NCBI RefSeq assembly: GCF_003918875.1
Contig: NW_025765018.1
Span: forward strand, 1 to 64,000
Length of the DNA: 64,000 bases
Reading direction: 5' to 3'
Source of the DNA: Haliotis rubra
Taxonomy: Eukaryota
The position numbers were made by a program, and so were the translations under genes. Below are positions 47,826-62,108 of the stretch, piece after piece (positions within the stretch are counted from its first letter, which is position 1; each line of letters opens with the position of its first letter). Under the pieces are notes generated by a model that saw nothing but the letters and a program-made list of their open reading frames with translations, was not told the DNA's origin and did no database searches.

Positions 47826-49497
47826 CAGGTCACAGTTCCAAATTGGCACAGAAGTGAACACACGTCACAGTTCCGCACACGGACACAGATGTCAACACAC
47901 ATGTCATAGGTCCACACGGACACAGATGTCAACACGCACGTAACAGCTCCATTCCGACACAGACGGCAACACACGCGTCAATGTTGCACACTGACACAGG
48001 CGGCAAAACACGTCACAGTTCCACACTGACACAGGTGTCAACACACACGTCACAGAACAACACTGACACAGACGTCAACACACAAGCCACGGTTCCACAC
48101 CGACACAGACGTCAAGACACAAGTCACGGTTCCACACCGACACATATGTCAGCACACACGTCACAGGTCAACGCTGACACTGATGTCAACACACATATAA
48201 CAGCTCCACACACTCACACATACGTCAACACAGACGTCACACTTCCACACAGCGTCACAGACGTCAACACACACGTCACAGTTCCACACCCGTCACACTT
48301 TCACACCGACACAGACGTCAACACACACGTCACAGTTCAACACACCGACACAGACGTCAACACACACGTCACAGTTCCACACACCGAAACAGACGTCAAC
48401 ACACACGTCACAGTTCCACACACCGCAACAGACGTCAACACACACGTCACAGTTCCACACACCGACACAGACGTCAACACACACGCCACAGTTCCCCACA
48501 CCAACACAGACGTCAACACACACGTCACAGTTCCACACACCGAAACAGACGTCAACACACACGTCACAGTTCCACACACTGACACAGACGTTAATACACG
48601 CCACAGCTACACACTGACACAGACGTCAACACACATGTCACAGCTCTACACACTCATACAGGCGTCAACACACACGTCACAGCTCCACACTGACACAGAC
48701 GTCAACACACACGTCACAGCTCCACACAGACGGCAACTCACACGTCACTGTTGCACACTGACACAGGTGTCACCGTTCTACACTGACACAGACGGCAACA
48801 CACGTCACAGTGTCACACTTACACAGATGTCAACACACACGTCAGTGTTCCACACCGACACAGCCTTCAACACACACGTCAGTGTTCAACACCCGAGACA
48901 GACGGCAACACATACGTGACACTTCCACACTGACACAGACGTCAGCAGACACGCCACAGTTCCAAGCTGACACAGACGTCACAGTTCCACACTGACATCG
49001 ACATCAACACATTCGTCACAGCTCCACACCGACACAGACGGCAACGTCACAGTTCCACACTGACACAAACGTCAACACACACGTCACAGCTCCATAATGA
49101 CACAGACGTCAAAACAAACGTCACAGCTCAACACTGACAAGGACGTCAACACACACGTCACAGTTCTTCACCGACACAGACATGAACACACGTCACTGTT
49201 CCACACCAACACAGATGTCAGCACACACGTAACAGCTCCACACTGACACAGACGTCAACACACACGTCACTGTTTGACACACCGACACAGACGTCACAGT
49301 TTTACACTTACACAGATGTCAACACACACGTCAGTGTTTTACACCGACACAGCCGTCAACACACACGTCACACTTCCACACTGACACAGACGTCAGCACA
49401 CACGCCACAGTTCCAAACTGACACAGACGTCACAGTTCCACACTTACATCGACGTCAACACACACGTCACAGTTCAACACACCAACACAGACGTCAA
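47826..49497. repeat. Same CA-rich minisatellite, copy 2 (~1.7 kb)
   Basis: Same unit. The distal part (48730-48990) is nearly identical to 3700-3990; the array is shorter. Confidence 0.97.
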
Positions 49498-51844
49498 TAT
49501 AGTAGTAGCCATGGGCTGAATGTTGGTGGGTGGGTGTAGAACACACAACATAACGCTACTTGTGGTCACAGATGGCAGCCATTTTATTCATCCAATAAAA
49601 AGGAATGTTTGATAATTCTGAAAATATACATAAATATAATTAACTATTTGAGCATAAAGGCATAACATGCCTTACATATACACGTATTACACGTTCTACA
49701 TATTCTTAGAATACAGCTAGCCCTAACAATGCATTAGCATAAATAAATCTTTAAATATAAATAATAAGATGAAAACTATTCGTTCATATCTATGTATATC
49801 ATTTATGATATACATGAAGAATATATAGAGAGTTCATTACATACAAGATCATATGTAGTACACTAACCACAGAGTGTAAACAAGGTCTCATAGCAGTCAC
49901 GGATCATCAATCATCACGGGTCATTCTAAGAAAAGTTAATATACAAAATTGATAATACTAACAATGGTATATAAAACAAGTTATGATAAAAACAATAACT
50001 ATCACATCCACCCTCACTATTTCTTACTATATTCACACATCACGGTTTTTCACAGAAATTGATACTTCACAACCGTACACGGACACTGGCTGTTACACAT
50101 ACAAAAATATATATATGTATAAAATATCAAACAAAACAAGAACGAATAATAGCATCAAAGAACTGAAGCCATCATAACTGCAATAAACATCTAGTGATAC
50201 AGTCGAAGTTGTTATTGAAACGCTAACCAAGAATTGGTGATAATGTCCTGCTTGTACATTGTCAGATCCAAAGGAATACACATAAGCATCTCATATTACA
50301 GCATATCACATCATTCATGAGATCACTTGCTGAAAACCAAAACCAATTGCATGTGACAGTGGTCTTCACTGTGAATCAGTGTTTAAAGTGTGTAATTAAG
50401 CTCCTGCTCACATTCAATAAAGGGCAATGGAATGCATTTTTAGACTTGTTCTGTTTTTAGACAGGGTTCTGATAGGTACAACAATCGCATGGGCCTTTCC
50501 AGTGTAATCTGACCCAGAGGGTTCGAGAAAGGTTTGGGAGCCTAAGGGGAGCTAACCTTTGTCACAAGCAGGTTACATTATAATTGCAAAATTTAACGTT
50601 AGCACCGTTTAAAACACAGACAAAGACTTGGGTCATTTTCGATGTGCCTATGTAACTATTACAGTGCATATATTTCTTCATACATTTTTATATTTTTCAC
50701 AAATTATTCATAACAAAGAAAATCCGTATACGTACAAGTCGCAGTGCATAATGTGTCTTGTTTATAGCCCGCATGTCAAGCGCAGTAGTGGGCAATTAGC
50801 AAACGCATCCACGCCAACCTTAAACTAATTAATCAAAGATGAAGCTAGCGAGCTATGTCGGCTCTGGCCTTTCTTCTCGGGTACATCGCTTGGTCAAGCA
50901 CAGATAAATAGTCCCATCCCAGCAGGAGCATATCTACCACCAACTAAGTCGTAATCGAAAATCAACTTTTGTTGAACAAGATTGAGATTACCATCATGCC
51001 ATCCTCCTTGTCCTGTCGTAAATGCCATGGTCAGATATTTTGTTAAGCAGCTGGCGCAAGCTGACCGTGGCTACACCATTAAATGACATTTACTGATGGC
51101 ATTGAAGATTAAGGGTCCTGCCCTGAGGGGGGTCTATGATAAAAGGGCCACACCGAATGATTGCTGAATACATTAGACAGACAAAGTGGATAGAATTTCG
51201 GTGCACTTTGGATATATATGGAAACAATTATGTTGTTTGAATATATGAAGTTTTACAGAAACTCATTGAAATGGTTTACTCTATGACAACACTATGACAT
51301 AACAATGCAATTTTAACCAGCTACCTCCCATAGAAAAGACATTTTGATGGCCGTATCATACTGAAGCACAATATCTACAACTGCAGGCTGTCTGTTTCGT
51401 TCCCTGTATGATCTACATATAACCAGCTTTCACATTGTAAAGAGAATATATATCGCAGAACTAAAAGGAATGTACACAGGTTTGTATGGGCTCCATTTGT
51501 TTGGCCATACTGCGCATGCCTATATCTATTTGTCTCTAAAAACCCTTTACATGTAATAACTCTAGAGGACCAAGGAACTTAATTTATTCATGAGCGTTCC
51601 GAAAAACCCATGCAGACGCTGAAAGAAAGCTTTAGTTAGATCTACAAGCTTAATTTGAAACAGTTCAAGATTAGTGAACAGCACACTGATAGACTGTCTC
51701 ACTGTCCCTTGACCAAGTTATTCTGTCTTCCGTCCTGACCTTTCTCCAATGCCAAAGCCGTATATGAAGCAAAGGTAACATTTCCACACGGTCACGGTAC
51801 TGCCGGCTCACTGGGGCTTGTTTTCAATATGGAGTTATTTGGTT

Positions 51845-51962
51845 CACACTAGAAATGAACTTCACACATTGTACCCATGTTGATAATCTAACCTGGTCTT
51901 CTGGGTGATGACCTAACGCTTTAACGCGTTACCGCTTTAACCACAAGGATACCCCACCGCCA
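51845..51962 (-). mobile_element. Old family-A SINE remnant downstream of the gene (shorter at ~6010-6080 in copy 1); others at 20540-20655, 37630-37790 and 43785-43935
   Basis: Reverse-complement similarity to the tRNA-SINE head and body. Confidence 0.6.
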
Positions 51963-52127
51963 AGTGCTACTATATAAATACCGCCGAAACCCTCCCGTTC
52001 CTTCTTTCCCCTTCACGTCTGGGTTGCATTGTCTACTTTACAATAATCCAGAATGGCCACAATTGTTCTCGACATTCCCGTGCTTTTCTCTAATTCTGTG
52101 CCGAATGGTGTACCATCTCCAGAGAAG

Positions 52128-55100
52128 TCACGGATTGATATCTGATAGTTCTGTAGCATACTGCTCAGCTGTTCTCCCCTGTCTGTCTCGAACAGTTTTG
52201 TCGACGCCCCGTCTGAGTAGCAGCTTCACTCGTTCACACCTGTTGTAGCTGCGGTCAGCAGCAGACCGGAAAAAGGCCCTGTCCTGGTCATTTTGCTTAT
52301 GTACAGTGACCCCAAGTTCTGAAAGAATCTCTAAAGTTTCATTTCGTGAAGCCTGTGCAGCGTAGTGTAAAGCTGTCCTTCCTTCGTGATCATGTATTTT
52401 TGGGTTGACCTTCTTGAGAAGCATCTCCAGCATTTTCATCCTTCTATACTCACACAGTAGTGTTCCATATTCTTGTTCGAATTCACTTCGGTAAATAGTT
52501 GTCCTACGAGCACCTGTTTTAGTGAGAAGAGGTATAATGTCACTAGGTCTGGGATGAAGAGGTTTTGGATGAAGAGGTATATTGGCAAACAAATTCTGTA
52601 CATCTGTGTAAGCACCGTGTTGAACCGGCTTTATGTTTTTGACTGGTGATTGTTCTAAAGCATAGTGAAGAGCTGTCCTTCCTTTCTTGTCAAGAACATT
52701 TGGGTCCACACTCTTCTCCAACAGCATCTCCAAAATATCACAGGTGTTGTCTCTGGCCTTTGCTGCACAGTGGAGAGGTGTCATGCCCTGTAAGTCCTGT
52801 ACACCTGGATCTGCTTCGTGATCTAGAAGAAGCTTGACACTCTCTTTGTTCGAATGTTCTGACACATAGTGAAGAGCTGTCCTTCCTTGCTTGTCAAGAA
52901 CATTTGGGTCCACACTCTTCTCCAGCAGTATCTCCAAAATATGGTAACTGTAACGATTCTTAGCAGCACAATGGAGACATGTCATGCCCTGTAAGTCCTG
53001 TACACCTGGATCTGCTTCGTGATCTAGAAGAAGCTTGACTCTCTCTTTGTCCGAATGTTCTGACGCATAGTGAAGAGCTGTCCTTCCTTGCTTGTCAAGC
53101 AGATTTGGGCATATGCCTTTCTCCAGCAGTATCGGCAAAACATCACATCGGTAATGATGCAAGTGTACAGCACAGTGGAGAGCTGACATGCCATGTAAGT
53201 CCTTCACACCTGGATCAGCACAGCGATTAAGCAGAAACTTCACTGAGTCTTCAGAGTCACATTCTGACACATAGTGGAGAGCTGTCCTTCCCGTCTTGTC
53301 AAGAACATTTGGGTCCACACTCTTCTCCAGCAGAATCTCCAAAATATCACAGGTGTTGTCTCTGGCCTTTGCTGCACAGTGGAGAGATGTCATGCCATGT
53401 ATGTCCTTCACACCTGGATCAGCTTCGTGATCTAGAAGAAGCTTGACACTGTCTTTGTCCAAATGTTCTGACACATAGTGGAGAGCTGTCCTTCCCGTCT
53501 TGTCAAGAACATTTGGGTCCACACTCTTCTCCAGCAGAATCTCCAAAATATCACAGGTGTTGTCTCTGGCCTTTGCTGCACAGTGGAGAGATGTCATGCC
53601 ATGTATGTCCTTCACACCTGGATCAGCTTCGTGATCTAGAAGAAGCTTGACACTGTCTTTGTCCAAATGTTCTGACACATAGTGGAGAGCTGTCCTTCCC
53701 GTCTTGTCAAGATCATTTGGGTCCACGCTCTTCTCTAGCAGTATCTCCAAAATATCACAGCTGTTGTCTTTGGCCTTTGCTGCACAGTGGAGAGATGTCA
53801 TGCCCTGTAAGTCCTGTAAACTTGGATCAGCTTCGTGATCTAGAAAAAGCTTGACACTCTTTTTGTCCGAATGTTCTGACACATAGTGAAGAGCTGTCCT
53901 TCCTTTCTTGTCAAGAACATTTGGGTCCACACTCTTCTCTAGCAGTATCTCCAAAATATCACAGCTGTTGTCTTTGGCCTTTGCTGCACAGTGGAGAGAT
54001 GTCATGCCTTGTAGGTCCTGTAAACATGGATCAGCATTGTATTCTAGAAGAAACTTGACACACTCTTTCATCGAATTTTCTGAAGCATAGTGAAGAGCTG
54101 TCCTTCCATGCTTGTCAAGAAGATTTGGGTATATGCCTTTCTCTAGCAGTATCCGCAAAACAGCAGACCGGTAACGACGCCAGTGTACAGCACAGTGCAG
54201 AGCTGACATGCCCTGCAGGTCCTGTACACCTGGATCAGCACAGCGATCAAGCAGAAGCTTCACTGAATCTTCAGAGTCACCTTCTGAGACATAATGAAGT
54301 GCTGTCCTTCCTTTCTTGTCAAGAATATTTGGATCCACTCCTCTCTCGATCAGTGTCTGTAAGGCCCCGTACCTATTCGCAGCAGCACAGTGGAGAGATG
54401 TCTTGCCTTGCAGATCCTGTACAGAAGGATCAGCACCACGATCTAGAAGAAGCTTGACGATCTCTTTGTCTGAATTTTCTGATGCATAGTGAAGTGCTGT
54501 CCTCCTTTGCTCATCAATGACATTTGGGTTAACGACTGATTTTAACAGTAGTTGAAAAGCTTCTATATTACATCTCCATTTTATAGAAGCACAGTGGAGG
54601 GCTGTCATGCCCTGTTGATCCCGTAAACATGGATCTGCACCATGGTCCAGTAGAAGCTTCAAACCACTACTCCTGTTTTCAGAAGCATAGTGAAGTGCTG
54701 TCTTTCCACGCCTATCTTGAACATTTAATTTTAACGATTTCTCAAGTAGCAGTGGAAGTGTATCCTTAAATACTGAGCCTTTTTTGGTAGAAGCACAATG
54801 GAGGGACGTCATGCCCCATAGATCTTGAACATCTGGATCAGCACCGTGATCAAGCAGAAGCTTGACACTGGAGTTTTCCGAATGATCTGAAGCATAGTGA
54901 AGAGCTGTCCTACCTAGCTTATCCGGTATATTTGGGTCAACACCCTTCTCTAAAAATAACCTGAGGAATCCACAAGGACCAAGACAAGATAGCTCTGTAT
55001 AATCATTGTTTGCTTCTAAGCTCTGTAAAGTGAGGCCTCTCTCCGTCACAACTAAATGAAGTGCTGTCATTCCCTGATTGTCTTGTATATTTGAATCAAT

Positions 55101-58100
55101 TCCACTGTCTAGCAAGGCACTTACAGTCCTGTATCTTTCGTGTATAGCAGCCATATAAAAGGGCGTCCATCCCATTCCATCCCTTACATTTGGGTCAACG
55201 CCTTTTTCCAGAAGAAGTTTCACAGTCTTAGGTTTACCACACCCTGCAGCATAGTGAAGAGGGTTTCTACCCATTATATCTTGAAGGTGTGGATTCACAC
55301 CTTGCTCAAGAAGCTTTTCGGTCAGCGTGTAGTTTGCTCTTGCACAATACAACATGCAAGGTCTTTGAAGATAGCAATACTGAGAAAATGAATATGAAAA
55401 AAGATCTGGTGTATCATGAAAACGTTCCCAAAGTTCAGATTTCCTCTGTTCGGTGGCATAGTGGAGACATGTTTTTCCGAAACCATCTCTTCTATTTGGA
55501 TCGAATTCTCTGTCTGTATTTCCATGAGCTTGAGAATTAGCTCCGCTGCATCATAATTCATATCCTCAATGGCAAGACAAAGGGCTGTTGTACCACGAGA
55601 ATCCATTGCATTTAGATCAACGCCCCTCTTTACCAATAAATCAACCATTTTTATGATGTTGTCGTGTCTGAAAGGTGTTTTAAGTAAACACAGCAAAATG
55701 TTGTCTTTACTGGCACCTTTGTGATTCACACTCAACCCTCTGTTCAGTAGGAATTCCAATATTTCAACTCCATTAGTATCGACATGAGTGTCGATTGCTG
55801 AAAATATCGCTGTTCTGCCATCCTTGTCTTCTGCATCAGGAAGATGCTTTTGGACATCAATGAGAAATGTGAGTTTCTCTAAAGCATCAACGCGAGAGCA
55901 TGCTGCCATGTGAACAACTGGTCTCTTGTCAGCATCTACTGCTTCAATCCGTGCTCCTGAGGTGCACAAGTGCTTTAGTATTTCTATGTCAGCATACTCA
56001 CAGGCTAGGTGAACAACACTTCTAGTTTGTGAACCGCATTGTGAAAGAATATTCACATCAGCTACTTTGCTGCAAAGGAATTTTACAGTCTCCAAATCAT
56101 TACATAGAACAGCCTTGTGAAGAATTGTTCTACCCTTTCCATCCATTTGATTTAAGATACTTTCTGCCACAACTAGAGCTGTCACTATTTCACGATTCAC
56201 GATTTCAATGACTGACAAAGGTACGAGTCCTTCACGATTTTCCAGGTTGACAGGTGCCTTATGCTGGAGAAGCATTTTCACACATTCAAGGTGACTGTTC
56301 TCAACAGCCAAATGTAATGGGGTATTGCCATCATTGTCTTTCAAATCTACCTGAAAACCTTTCCCTAATAAGAAATCTGCACATTTATCGTTTCCATGTT
56401 GTGCTGCCCTGTGTAGCAAGAAGGTGTTCGCGGCGGCAACCCTAAAACGCTGGCTTATACCTTGGGAATATTTCAGCAATATATCCAAGGACTCAGTGCT
56501 ACCATAAGCTGCTGCCTGTTCTTGAGGTGTTGCGTATTTGGTGGAGTACTTGTTGGCATCGACGTAATTCCTCGTCTGCAAAATGTCTGTCTCAAGATTC
56601 AGTAAAAGATTCAGAACTGTGGCATCTGAGTGAGCTGAGGCTGACAAAAGGAGATGTTGACAATGAAGTTTACATCCAGTTGCAAGTAGTATTTGAATCA
56701 TTTCTTTTAAACATTCCGTGCTGCTAAACACAGTGAGTTTGGGATGATGTGTTTGCATCTTATCTGAGAGCCATGATAATATCTCTGAGATTACATTGAG
56801 GTTAATCGTCCTTGTGTTTTAACATGTGCACTGTCAACTGGACTATGTGTGTGTTTCCCATGTGTACTGCATACAGTAAGATTTCTGCCATGTTTTGACC
56901 AATTGCACATCCTTTTCCTAATTCTGGACTGTAGCGTAGTCTTTTTTCCCTCACGTAAGCAGTAATAAAACCGTTAAAGATTCTATCAACGAGGTCGTTC
57001 TTAAGACTCTGGCTAGAATTCATGAATAGAGCTATAAAACAATTCTCGTTTGACTCAGCACCATGATCAAGAAGCCATTTGACAAAATTGTTACTTCCAA
57101 CATAAATTGCACAAGGCAAACATTCCTGTATTGTGTCTTTGAATTTTTCAGGCGATGGAATCGAATTTACAACAACTTGTACCAGATGATGATTACTTTC
57201 CATTACAAATTTACTCAATAAATATTCATATTTGAAAAACCTAATCTTCTCATCTTCACGGATATATGAAGACAATTCATCAAAATATTTTCTCTGCATA
57301 ATGCTTGTCAGTTTCCCCTTTTTCGCCCATCTTTGCACCAAGAATGATAGAAATTCCTTGTGCTTGAGTGAAGGATGTCCCACTATCATTCCACTGCTCT
57401 CAGGTTCAGCTGACAAAAGCAACTCTGTGATGCGGTCAGCAAATACATCATAATTTTCCTCAGGTATCAAGACAATATTTATCTCTCCATCCAGTCTTTC
57501 GGTTCTTACCACTTCTCCAAGGACATCACTTGGCAATGTTCTGATGCAAGAGCTGGGACACTGCTCTGAGAAGCTGATCAAAACAGACTCATATATAGAC
57601 TGATGCTGAAAAGCATATCCTTTCTGGCCTTGCTTTAAATAAACACCACAGAGTGAATCTGCTTTTGTTTTGATGTCAAATAATCTTGGACGTGTGGGTA
57701 GATTTGGGCAATATTCTTTCAACATCTCAACCATTTCTTTAAATTCAGATGTACATTTTCTTTGATCAAGAGAGGTTGCATTAAGATGCCCATCACTCAT
57801 CAATACCAGCAAAAGAACCAGGTAACTCAAACCATCACTTTCCTTGAGGGCATCAACTTCCTCTAGGACGCACTCATTGGGTTTCTTGAAAAAGCTTAAC
57901 CCCTTCTTTTGCACTTCCCTGCTTCTGGCAAAGAAAGTGCAAACCTGTGGGAACCCAAGGGCTGTTTTCATTTTGACAATTTCTTCTACTTCTTTTTCAG
58001 AAAATTTGCCATGACAAATAACTTTCAACATTTTTTCTTTTTCCTTATTCTGAAGAGTATACTCACCGTCATCAATGAGAAAATGACAGATCTTTGTCAT

Positions 58101-58548
58101 GAGATTGTGTTTGTTTAGTCGGTACTGACACTGTGCGGTGATTTCAGATCTGGATGTTAAGATCAGAAAGATGTGGCCAGATTCAATAGATGGCCACATT
58201 ATATCAAACTTCCTTGTCCAATCGGCAAAATGTGATTGTGAAAAGTTTGTCAGGCCAAAAATGTCATCAATCATCACAATGTAACGTTCACTTTTACTTC
58301 TGGACTTGTCAGTTTTGCCATTCTTCGGAATGAGTGACCATTCATCTGCTGAAGTCAACAGAGAGGAGTCCTCCCTTCCATCTTAGACATCTTTTCTAGT
58401 AACCGCCGACCCAGCCGTGATTTCCCAGATCCTGACATCCCCTTTAGGAAGATACATCCACAATCTGTCAACAGTCTCAGGGCAGACCTCTCAGCATAGG
58501 TAGACACGTATTCTGTTCCGTCATGCTTGAGTGAATCCTCCGTGGCAT
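52128..58548 (-). CDS. Giant terminal exon of nSTAND3-ankyrin gene copy 2 (apparent frameshifts at ~58362, ~56803, ~55527)
   Basis: Acceptor at 58549-58551 and the same STAND motifs. Relative to copy 1: -1 nt at ~58362, +1 nt at ~56803, +2 nt at ~55527. Corrected exon is ~2139 codons, with an ankyrin array 408 aa longer than copy 1. Confidence 0.88.
53262..53710 (-). repeat. Near-perfect 204-bp (68-aa, two-ankyrin) tandem duplication inside copy 2
   Basis: ttctgacacatagtggagagctg recurs at 53262, 53466 and 53670 (period 204). Confidence 0.95.
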
Positions 58549-58765
58549 CTGAAAGATAATCATAATTGTAACATGCTATAACATGGGTATCTGAGAAAAC
58601 TATTTCAGAAATTTGTTATCCAACATATATGTGAGATGGAATCATAGTTTTGTGATTTTGTTATGACTTGAGATCAGATTAGATTAGAACAGATTCGTGT
58701 CCTGATTGGGTCCCGTAAACAGTCACTAACTGCTGACAGAATTTACAGGTATGAGTTATACTTAC

Positions 58766-58789
58766 CGCGGATATTTTTAAAGCGATCAT
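58766..58789 (-). CDS. 24-nt micro-exon, copy 2
   Basis: AG|ATGATCGCTTTAAAAATATCCGCG|GTAAGTAT. CGT to CGC is a synonymous change versus copy 1. Confidence 0.8.
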
Positions 58790-58922
58790 CTGGAATAAAA
58801 AATATAATTTAGAATATGGGTGTCATGTAAATACTTGGACTCACTTCTTACAGTTAATGTATTTCTAAATATAAAAGGAATGAACATTTATATAGTACAT
58901 TCTTCCAAAAGAAGAAACGCAC

Positions 58923-59352
58923 TAGGGCTGGGACGGGTAGGAAAAAATGGAATCGAGTACCCGCATGTACTTATCCGAATCGGAATCGAGTACCCGGAAA
59001 TGTAAGGAATAACGCGCATCTGTCAACTTTCTGAATATCCAATCACTAGTTGACAGAAATGTTTATAGAAAAACTTGAAATGATGTCAATAAGACACTGA
59101 AACTGAACATAGGCAGATATATTACAGTCGTTAATAATAATCTGCATTAATCGGCAATGCCAATGATGCAAATGTGTGTTACGTCAATATTGAAAAAGAC
59201 AAGTTATTGTCTGCCCTTGTCATTACAGAGTTCTCTCCTTGTCATTACAGAGTTCTCTCCTCCTTTTCCGGGTACACGATTCCTAGCAACAGGACTCGAT
59301 TCCAGCTGTACCCGATCCGGATTCGAGTACCCGAGTACCCGTCCCAGCACTA
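58923..59352. mobile_element. hAT-type MITE (430 bp), copy-2-specific intronic insertion
   Basis: TIR tag(g/t)gctgggacgggta, 8-bp TSD aaacgcac (58915-58922, 59353-59360). Empty site at ~12089 in copy 1. Confidence 0.92.
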
Positions 59353-60019
59353 AAACGCACAGGCGTTTTCAGCAGTTAATTTCAATATACTTTGACAGCA
59401 ATCGTCATGAAGACAATTCCTATGTTTGAATCCCGTTAAACATGTCGTGGTTGTTGTGTATTGTGGGAAAACGCACCCCAAAATGATACATGAAAAGTGT
59501 AAGCAGGAAAAGGTTTCCAAGTTATAGACGTGCCAAACCATCAGGAAATGCTTTCCGTCCGTAAACCCCATTTTTTTCTTATTTTATGCGTTTCCTCCTT
59601 CAACAACAGGATGGGAGACAACGTGTCTATCGACGTCGACACGAACGTTTTGCGCCGAGCTGCGTGGATAGATTTGATAGAGAAAGCGTCACATGTGCAT
59701 TGAGTAAACTGAATTAATGCTGACAATGACAACAATACATGTGTTCATTCGTGTGTCGAATGTCCTTCATCTATGTTCAAGCCTAACTGACTCATGTACA
59801 CTTAAAACGTTAAATATACTGCTTTATTTTGGGCCTATGTGTTTGTTTTTTAAGAGTTTCTTTTTCCTGTTAGAAGTTGGGTTTTGGGGTTTTTTAATAT
59901 GTCATTTCACCCTGCCGTTTCTAGAAAAGTATGCAAAATATTCAGAATATTACACCATAATCGAGCTGTTTACCAACAAAATTAATGGTGTGTATGTCAA
60001 GAAAAGGTGTATACATCAC

Positions 60020-60911
60020 CAATGTGTTGTGGCGTCACTCCTGATGATCTGGGTTGCTGTAGCATAACTCTTTTCTTTTTTTTTGATGATGCGGGCTGCT
60101 GATGCGTCACTCCTGATGATGCGAGCTGCTGATGCATCACTCCTGATGATGCGAGCTGCTGATGCGTCACTCCTGATGATGCAGGCTGCTGATGCATCAC
60201 TCTTGATGATGCGGGCTGCTGATGCATCACTCTTGATGATGCGAGCTGCTGATGCATCACTCCTGATGATGCGGGCTGCTGATGCGTCACTCTTGATGAT
60301 GCGGGCTGCTGATGCATCACTCTTGATGATGCGGGCTGCTGATGCATCACTCTTGATGATGCGGGCTGCTGATGCATCACTCTTGATGATGCGGGCTGCT
60401 GATGCGTCACTCCTGATGATGCAGGCTGCTGATGCATCACTCTTGATGATGCGGGCTGCTGATGCATCACTCTTGATGATGCGGGCTGCTGATGCATCAC
60501 TCTTGATGATGCGGGCTGCTGATGCGTCACTCCTGATGATGTGGGCTGCTGATGCGTCACTCCTGGTGACTCGGGCTGCTGATGCATCACTTCATTTGGT
60601 CCAAGCTGTTCCCCCATCATTTCAGATGGTACACTTTGATGTATCACTCCTGATGGCTGGACACGCCCATCTCTATGAATGACTGTGACGCCTAATGCAC
60701 TAGAATCTATGACATTCAAACTATATTCTCCTATTTCAATAACTGGTGCGCCAGGTAGTGACAACAGTGAAGACACATTTGTATCGGTTGTGTCCAGTGC
60801 TCTTCCATCTCGAGTCGATGTACACGGCTTCTTCACATCCACATTCTCATCCTCATCATCTGGGTCTTCGGTTGAGCCCACGCGGAATTTTCTTTTTTGT
60901 GCTTGAGACAT
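60020..60911 (-). CDS. First coding exon of copy 2, with 17 tandem 10-aa repeats
   Basis: ORF 59997-60911; acceptor 60921-60923; candidate donor at 60020/60019. 892+24+6419 (corrected) nt = 2445 codons, so the three-exon model keeps frame. Confidence 0.68.
60085..60592 (-). repeat. 30-bp coding minisatellite (V[MT]HQQ[PL]ASS[RG]) x17
   Basis: gatgatgcgggctgctgatgcatcactctt tandem units; only ~4-5 units at 12660-12825 in copy 1. Confidence 0.95.
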
Positions 60912-62108
60912 TTTCAGTACCTGAAAAAAAGCATCACATGCGATGACAATAGCTCAACACTAGTCTACTTCATATTTACTCCACGATATGATCTTGGTGT
61001 GTATGATCTTATGCTGGAATACATTAACTTGCTTCTGTGTCATCTGATGACCTGAGCGAACATCGTTTGTGGCTGAAACCTGTTTCCACGAAACGTATTT
61101 CACATGTGGTTTATTTTGTGTTTAGCAAGGTTTGTCTTCCGTTAGTCAGTCAGTTCGTTGACTGTGAGGTATTCGATGCATTAAGACCCACAGTTGGTGG
61201 GCGTGGTGGGCGAGCTGGCTTAGGCTGTGTAAGGCGCCAGGCTAGTGATCCAGCGGGCATGAGGTGTCGGGATCGAGCCCACCTGTGACTGGTTGTAAAA
61301 ACCTTGAAGTCAGCCTTGTGTGCAGACTCTTTCAGTGTTGTCACAACCCTTAGTGTACAGTACACAACCCATTTAAAAGAACCCACGAATCCGTTGGTAT
61401 ATGACCAGATGGTGGCCACATGAATACGTGCACACACCTACAGTAGTTGTTTTTGAGAGCCCGGGCCAAGCCGGACCGAATGCTTGTGATACTCTGTCTT
61501 TGTTGAGAATATGTAGAAAAGAGAGGTTCACCTTCAGCAAGGTGTTTGCTTCAAATACTACGTTTTGAGCCTCTGTGAAGTGATATTTAGGTAGATATAA
61601 TACTAATCTATGTGTTAAAACACAAATCAGAATATATGTGTGAGGTTTAAGTTTGTTTGGAGAGCCCGGGCCAAGTCGGGCCGAACAGCGACTAAACACT
61701 TTTGATTGAGGCTATGTTGTGAATGGAGAGAGAAATGGCTTCACTTTAACGAACCAGTTATCTTTACATGTGACATTTTGTAACATCACACGGTGATATT
61801 TAGGTAGATATAATACTAATCTATAGAATTAAACACAAATCAGGACATATGTGTGGGGTTTAAGTTGTTTTCGAGGGCCCGGGCCAAGCCGGACCGAAAG
61901 CATGACTGTGATTCTGTGTGGTTGTTGAGAATGTATAGAAAATAGGGCTTCACTTTCAGCAACGTGTTTGCTTCAAATACAACGCTTTGAGACTCTATGA
62001 AGACGTACTTTGTTAGATATAACTCTATTCTAGAGATATAGACAGAAATCAGGATTCATGTGTGATGTTTAGGGTGTTTTTGACAGCACGGGCCATGTCT
62101 GGCTGAAC

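Noticed and set aside
60083-60682. Plus-strand ORF MMRAADASLL repeats
   Set aside because: Antisense shadow of the 30-bp coding minisatellite.
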